64,000 nucleotides of DNA, taken from assembly GCA_051294375.1 (NCBI GenBank), contig CM119270.1, forward strand, positions 19,152,600 through 19,216,599, in the 5' to 3' direction. Of the stretch, positions 58,560 through 64,000 are shown in pieces (positions within the stretch are counted from its first letter, which is position 1; each line of letters opens with the position of its first letter). This stretch comes from Paraspadella gotoi (lineage: Eukaryota > Animalia > Chaetognatha). Below the pieces are notes generated by a model. It saw only the letters and a list, made by a program, of their open reading frames with translations, searched no databases and was not told the origin of the DNA. The translations under genes and the position numbers were made by a program.

Positions 58560-59381
58560 ATGGAATCACTATCGAATAAAAACATTTTTGACGCTAACAT
58601 TATTACTCCGTTTTGCATGTTAGCGGTCGGTTCCTCAAATTCAGGTTCATAGAAACTAGTTAATTATTTAGCACTACTTAAAAAAACATTTTTTGTTTAT
58701 TTTTTTTACAGGAAAAACTACATTTGTTTCAAATCTCATAAAACACAGCGGGAAGATAGTCTACGAACCATTCGGAAAAATATTAATCTGTCATCAAGCG
58801 AACGGAGACAATTATAACAACGACAACTTTCCTGGCGCCTCTTTCCATCAAGGAGCGCCTTCGCTGGAGCAAGTGGAAGATCTTGCCGAAACTCCAAACA
58901 GCGTCTTGAGCTGCGACGACTTGGACAACTCGGCCGATCTGAACTACGACCTCCTGCAGCGCATTTTTTGCGTAATCTCGCATCACTCGGTATGATATAA
59001 AAATTAATATAAATATCATTAGATCGTTGATTAATCGTATTTTTATTCTTTTTTACTTCAGAGACTAAACTGCATCTTCATACTTCACAATCCAGACAAA
59101 ATCCAGTTTTGAGGACCCTAAATTTAAACGCCTCTTATCTCGTCTTGACCAAGTTCTCGCGCGATCGAAGCGTCTTTCAAGTTTTAGGAAGACAACTGTA
59201 GCCTGACAAGCCCAACCTGCTCGTCGAGTGTTACGTCGACAATCAAGAAAACTCGGAACATCAATTTCCTTATCTATTGATCGATAACCATCCCCACAGC
59301 AAGTCAGAAACTTTAAAGATCAGATCGCGCATCTTTCCCTTCGAGGCGCCCTCGGTTATTTACAGAAGCAAGACGTCGTGA
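58560..59381 (+). pseudogene. Polinton packaging ATPase (A32/FtsK-like), three exons
   Basis: Exons 58560-58644, 58712-58989 and 59062-59381. Motifs: Walker A GSSNS|GKT, Walker B VLSCDDL, ISHHS|RLNCIFILHN, LRTLNLNASYLVL..FSRD, YLLID..P...IRSRIFP. Frameshift at ~59095 and TAG at 59199-59201. Confidence 0.92.
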
Positions 59382-59775
59382 TGAAGCCGCGGAATAATCT
59401 GGCCGCTAGAGAGCGTTTCGCAACCCAGTTTCCGCTTCTAAAAAAAGTCAACAAACTCCCGCGCAAACATCAAAAAGCATTTTGGCGTTCAAAAAAATCG
59501 AACGAAGCCTGCGTATGCCTCAGCGAAATATGCTTGAACATTCTCAAGCGTAACATACCGGTGACCGGAAGTCAGTTATCTCGATTACGTCCATATAAGA
59601 AGCAGATGCACGCTCTCTCTCTCAGAAGTTTGCCCATAAAACACTGAAAGCAAATCGTACAAAAAGGAGGCATGTTGTCCACCATGATTTCCTTACTAGC
59701 TCCCTCCATCATCAGCCTCATCGTCAAACGGTTGCCAGAAAGGAAAAAAAATAAACGATGTCGTCGAAGCCGTTG
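59381..59775 (+). pseudogene. Conserved small Polinton virion protein with QKGG protease site and amphipathic tail
   Basis: ...CLSEICLNILKRNIPVT..QLSRLRPYKKQMHALS...H*KQIVQKGG-MLSTMISLLAPSIISLIV. Premature TGA at 59645-59647. The ATG overlaps the ATPase stop (TGATG). Confidence 0.75.
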
Positions 59776-60705
59776 AGATACGCCGAGCGCATGTTTCTCG
59801 TGTCCGCTTAGGATTTTAAAAAACTCGGTTACAACGTCCCTCCCACCGTCTCCTCCAATCACATCGTCGATTCCTTCACCCCTAACCCTTCGCCAATTCC
59901 ACCCAAGAATGTCAACATCCCAGAAGATTGTTACATGATCAACTTCAACAGCGAGTTCCTCAAGTCCAAGAAGCTCACGGAGAATTTAGTGGAGAGCGAT
60001 TGGAGGGGGTTGGAATCGAGAATATCGCCGCTGATCGAAAACATAAGCAAGGAACGATTGATGCGGAACAGAGACAGAATAAAAAGCGAAATTCTCTTTC
60101 TCAACGGAGTAGAGATAAGGAAAGATAGAATTTACGTGGACGACGTTTCTGTGGGCGACGTCAACAAAATCTCCAATCACCTGTCGTACACCAAGTCCAT
60201 CTCCCCCGATCAAATACAAAATTACTTGTTTTGGTTGAAAGATCAGAAGAAACCCTCGAAAGAAGACGTCTCTCTCCCCAAGGACGTCAAAGAGATTCCC
60301 GAGACTTCAATAAAATTAGCTTCCTCGCCGATCGTTAGAAAATCCGGCGTCATTTCAACGCCGGTTAAAAAGGCGGGAATCTCTCAGACTACGACCAAGA
60401 GAACGCCAGTCAAGAAATCGGATTTAGTTGGAACGCCCGTTAAAAGACCGGCGCCGTCTTCACCCGCGCTCGTCACTCCGTCCAAGAAGATTTCCACCCC
60501 TACTAAAATTCCTCCATCTCCCCGAAGAGAGGAACCGAAAAAGAAGACCGGTAGCCCCTTCAAAAAGAAGCCCGCGATGATGACGACGAAAAAAGCGTCG
60601 ACGATCACTTCTCCGCCCAAAACCAGATCCAGAAAAAAGACGGTAGATATCGAGGATGTCCAAGAAAAGAAAAGGGCCCAAATCTTGGAATACCTCAGTC
60701 TCTAG
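59758..60705 (+). pseudogene. Polinton protein with basic S/T-P-x-K/R-rich C-terminus (putative DNA-binding core protein)
   Basis: ATG 59758 (MSSKPLRYAERMFLVSA*DF...) is in frame with ORF 59935-60705. One premature TAG at 59809-59811. Confidence 0.65.
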
Positions 60706-61220
60706 CAAAGAAAGAAAGAACAAAACGATCGGCGACATTTACTACGACGCGAAACATCCAGCGGGCTTCTCCACCGTATCCAGAGTATTTCAAGCGGATC
60801 GTCAACGAGATCCATCCATCATCAAGTCCTACATGAGAGAATTTTTAAGCGCTCAAAGAGTGTTTACTAACTACAAACGACCCCGGAAAAAGCTATTTAG
60901 AAAATATTACGTCTTGAGAAGAAATTCCGAATTCAGCATCAATTTGGTTGACGTTCAAGCCTTGAAGACCCGTTCCAACGGTTTTGCCTACTTTTTATCT
61001 TGCGTAGATGCCTTTACCAAATGGGGATGGTGTCGTCCGTTAAAGACCGCTTCCAAAGTCGCCTCCTCCTTCGCCTCCATCATCGAAGACAATGACTTTC
61101 GAGCTCCCGACTTGATCGTCATGGACCAGGGTAGAGAGTGGAGCGGAGATTTTGCCAAATTGATGGAGGCGCTGGAGATCGAGGTCGTGTACCCGCCCAG
61201 CGGAATGAAAGCGTCGTTTC
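60656..61220 (+). pseudogene. int: Polinton RVE (c-integrase) integrase, 3'-truncated
   Basis: IYYDAKHPAGF, FLSAQRVFT.YK, SINLVD (first catalytic D appears as N), YFLSCVDAFTKWGWCRPLK, MDQGREW, KAS. Similarity stops before the catalytic E. Confidence 0.92.
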
Positions 61221-61635
61221 CGATTTCCAGGGCGTCCCGTAGTGCCCTGAGAATTGGGGGAAACGCCCCTTGCCGTCGTTTGCATCCACGAACGCAAAAC
61301 TTTTCACCGCCACTCTCGGCAATATTCGCCCGTGTTCATCCTCGAACAGAGCCACCACTATCGCCCATCGATCGCTCAGTATCTTAAAGCGCGGCTCTAC
61401 CCCGCGAAATCTCTGGTTCCCCTCTCAATTCAATCGTTTCTCCAGGTGAGTTCTTCGTCGGCGAACGACAGGGCATCAACCAGAGCGCGCCACTCCCCAC
61501 TCTTGAGCCAAATGCTCAGGAGTTTGTTCCCGTTTATCCTTTTCTCCTTAATTTGAACCGAGTTAGTTTCCAGGTTTGAGTGACACAAGATTGATATTCT
61601 CTCGCCGACGAATAACGAGAAATAATTGAGGACAT
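61220..61635 (-). pseudogene. PC4-like (ssDNA-binding/coactivator) protein, degraded
   Basis: VGERISILCHSNLETNSVQIKEKRINGNKLLSIWLKSGEWRALVDALSFADEEL resembles the PC4 pattern (I.IRE...GISL..EQW..L...IDE). Stops and frameshifts are present. Confidence 0.45.
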
Positions 61636-62216
61636 TTTTTTTTTTTTGCGCAATGGTAAAAGGGCGTCGTCTCCCAGTGAGAGAGATATATCGAGTGATT
61701 GGTATATATACTATCGAAACTCGAAATTCGCCCAGTTTAATTTTTTTTTTATTATTGTCGCGCGGATATGTGAGGGCGACGGCGATGTTTGGTTTAGATA
61801 ATGGGGTAGGAAAGAAGGGGGGAGAGAGAGAGAGAGAGAAAGGGAAAAGTTTTTGATGAAGCGATCCGAGGTCTCTGACTCATTCGTCGCCTCGCAGTTT
61901 AGCCTCGTTAATTTTTTTTTTCGATGGAATTATTGGCGCAGGAAATTTTTTTTTTCTCTCTATTTTTTAACAGTTAAAGAAAATAATTGTGTAAGTCACG
62001 GTAAAAGAAGAATAAGCTTCCATCAAACTTTCCGTCGCATCCGTCACCGCCCAAGATCATCCGTTTTGACCCGAGGAGAGAAAGAAAAAGAAAGAGGAAT
62101 ATCGGTGAGTACATTTTTTTACGTCAAAATCTCAGGTTTTTTTGTACAAGTCTAGTCTGGACAAATTGTCGTTGCGTAAATCCGTGACATTTTTTTTAAG
62201 CGTCTCTTGCTTCGTC

Positions 62217-62324
62217 TCACGCCAATTTGCATTTTTTTCTTTTTTTTCCAATTTTTTTCTTTTTTCCACCGACTTGCGTCCTTTTACGACGCCTCCCTCC
62301 CCCACATTTTTTTCTTTTGGCCAT
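62217..62324 (-). CDS. 35-aa protamine-like basic core peptide (MAKRKKCGGGRRRKRTQVGGKKKKIGKKRKKCKLA)
   Basis: Intact ATG-TGA ORF directly downstream of the protease. 19/35 residues are K/R, with a QVGG motif like the QKGG site at 59.66 kb. Confidence 0.65.
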   Translation of the reverse strand: MAKRKKCGGGRRRKRTQVGGKKKKIGKKRKKCKLA

Positions 62325-62380
62325 TTTTTTTTAAATGAGAATAGTAACCGACCGACCAATGGGCATCGCTTTTATAGTTT

Positions 62381-62891
62381 TTATCGGTAATCGTTGGGTG
62401 GGGCGAAAAATGGCACGATTCGCCCGTCTTCGGTGTCCAGCGACCTGATCAGCAGAGTGGCCAACAAATCGTGTTGCATGGTATCCGTGACGCGAGGATA
62501 ATCATAAACCTCCTTGACAATCCTTTCAGCCGACATCCCTCTAGCCAGAAAGAGCAAAAAAACCAGACAATGGGCAAAGCAGGTTTGAGTTTGTTCCGAC
62601 TGAAGGACCGCGTTGAAATAAACTATGGGTTTTTTTTTGGTCGGCAAAGATAGAGGGGGGGAGGTTTAATCGATCGGGCGATCGTCCGAAGCTGTCCATG
62701 ACGAAGTATCTTTGGGTGTTGCATTACAACAATAACCAATGGGAGCCACCAAATTTTATTGGGTCCAAATTTGTAAAGACGATCGTAGGTTTGACCAGAG
62801 GGGGAGTAGTATCGAGAGCGAAAATGCCGCCGTAGATGGCGTTGGAGTAGGGATCCGACTCAGCAATTTCATTCATCTCTATCGAATCCAT
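62381..62891 (-). pseudogene. Adenain-like (C5) cysteine protease
   Basis: YGGIFALD, VFTNLDP...GSHW, VMDSFG, LQSEQTQTCFAHCL (H/D/Q/C catalytic set). One frameshift at ~62790 and TAA at 62726-62724. Confidence 0.9.
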
Positions 62892-62894
62892 TTT

Positions 62895-63612
62895 TTAAAA
62901 AAAATCTTTGGTGACCTGACGCCGGGAGTCCAACGAATATGTACCGCTTATCTCACTGAACAGTAGAAGAGTCAAGCTCTTGTTGCTACTTGAGGATTCA
63001 AACACGACCTCGATCCGCGAATTGACGATCTGTCTGGGGAGCATGTGATCGGCGAACGGTCCATTGTACCGGATGTTGGACATGACGTATATGGCATACC
63101 CACCATCGGCGAACATCTTTTGACTTATGGGCAAACCTACATTCAATTTAAAGTCCGACTGGAAAAGATGGTAATAGGCGAGGGCGAAGTCTCTCTCCTT
63201 GGAGGTCTTGGAGAACTCCGCGACTATGCAGTCCTTGGAAGGAAGATTCTCCGACTCGACAACCAGCTTCAGGGATTGGAGGGAAAAGTTTTCAAAATTG
63301 AAAGGATTTTTCGCGAAGCTTCCCAGGTAATTCTCGGTCTCGATGAAGCAACAGAGTATGAAGTCCGGAAAGATGTTGGAAGGGAAAACCGATTCGAACT
63401 GCGCTGTCTTCTCTCCCGCCGGTATGGTGAATACGCGAGTCTAGTTGGATCGCACGTGATACTTGGCGCTCTGAGTGACGAGCCGGCGTTCTATACTTAA
63501 TTTCACAGACGGTAATACGCGGACCTTTCTTAGGTAGAGTCTCATAGCTTTCAAATTCAACTTAAAGTCCGGGGTGGCCGATCCGTTGAGGAGACAGAAA
63601 TTATCTGCGGAA
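62895..63612 (-). pseudogene. Polinton major capsid protein, C-terminal half
   Basis: FCLL...MRLYLRKVRVLPSV...AKYHVRSN*TRVFTIPAG...YLGSFAKNPFNFENF...AYYHLF...GGYAIYV...RIEVVF...LDSRRQVTKDFF. One TAG at 63443-63441. Confidence 0.88.
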
Positions 63613-64000
63613 TCAGTAATTTATTTTGATCCTTGATCTTGTTACAGGGATGATATTTGTTATAATTGGCGCAACTTTTAGCGTGAAGACGTTGATGAGG
63701 AAATCTGATCCAGGACCAATCGGCCTCTCCCCTCCCCATATCTCCCCCCTCCTCATCTCTAGGAACCGTGTGAACGGTGAGGCATCTCGTCTCGAAATCG
63801 GCGTAGGCAACGAAGTCAAACTCGGCGTGAAAAAAATTTTCCTGCGCATCGTAATGCAAATAAGTTTCTTCCGGGGGATAAGTTTCTAACTGGGCCGTCA
63901 CCGTCTCTCGCCCGCATAAACGAGAGTGGAGCGAAAACGTCGAGGACAAAGCCGTGCTGAAGAGACACTTGACGCAAATGAAACGGCTCCTCCCGTGTCC
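63613..64000 (-). pseudogene. polB: Protein-primed DNA polymerase B fragment (C2H2-like finger plus ExoI motif)
   Basis: RFICVKCLFS...SLHSRLC...P....L.Y......FVAYADFET. Truncated by fusion to the capsid gene, and continues beyond the window. Confidence 0.8.

Larger units (their letters stand above)
55113..64000. mobile_element. Decayed, internally deleted Polinton/Maverick (adintovirus-like) element; runs off the window
   Basis: Contains ATPase, RVE integrase, adenain protease, double-jelly-roll major capsid and pPolB homologues, most with stops or frameshifts. The left boundary is inferred at the (AG)n tract preceding the repeat array. Confidence 0.9.

Noticed and set aside
61221-61387. Novel C-terminal extension of the integrase
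   Set aside because: Read-through past a deletion breakpoint into the antisense strand of another gene.

Overview
AT-rich, intron-containing eukaryotic (invertebrate animal-like) genomic DNA from a gap-filled draft assembly, with 8 N-runs, homopolymer indels and many (AG)n/(GAC)n microsatellites. Most ORF-track entries are microsatellite noise. Genes were reconstructed by hand from splice sites and motifs. (1) A minus-strand XK-related (Xkr/CED-8 scramblase family) gene or pseudogene, ~0.9-6.1 kb, with its 5' end artefactually duplicated at 7.5-9.5 kb. (2) A class A peptide-type GPCR, 14671-19486. (3) A reticulon gene with four alternative phase-1 first coding exons, 20990-42255. (4) A two-exon remnant of a conserved uncharacterised protein, 47879-48974 (-). 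(5) A Disabled-like protein with two PTB domains, 50257-53447. (6) A decayed, rearranged Polinton/Maverick (adintovirus-like) element from ~53.8 kb to the window end, carrying packaging ATPase, virion core proteins, RVE integrase, PC4-like protein, adenain protease, major capsid and pPolB fragments. The best candidate for an undescribed system is this Polinton lineage. Its ATPase is split by two spliceosomal introns. Its probable terminus carries a CRE/ETS motif array and a spliced orphan gene whose last exon differs only at synonymous sites between two nested copies. It also encodes an intact 35-aa protamine-like peptide missed by the ORF track. All family assignments rest on motif recall, not database searches.
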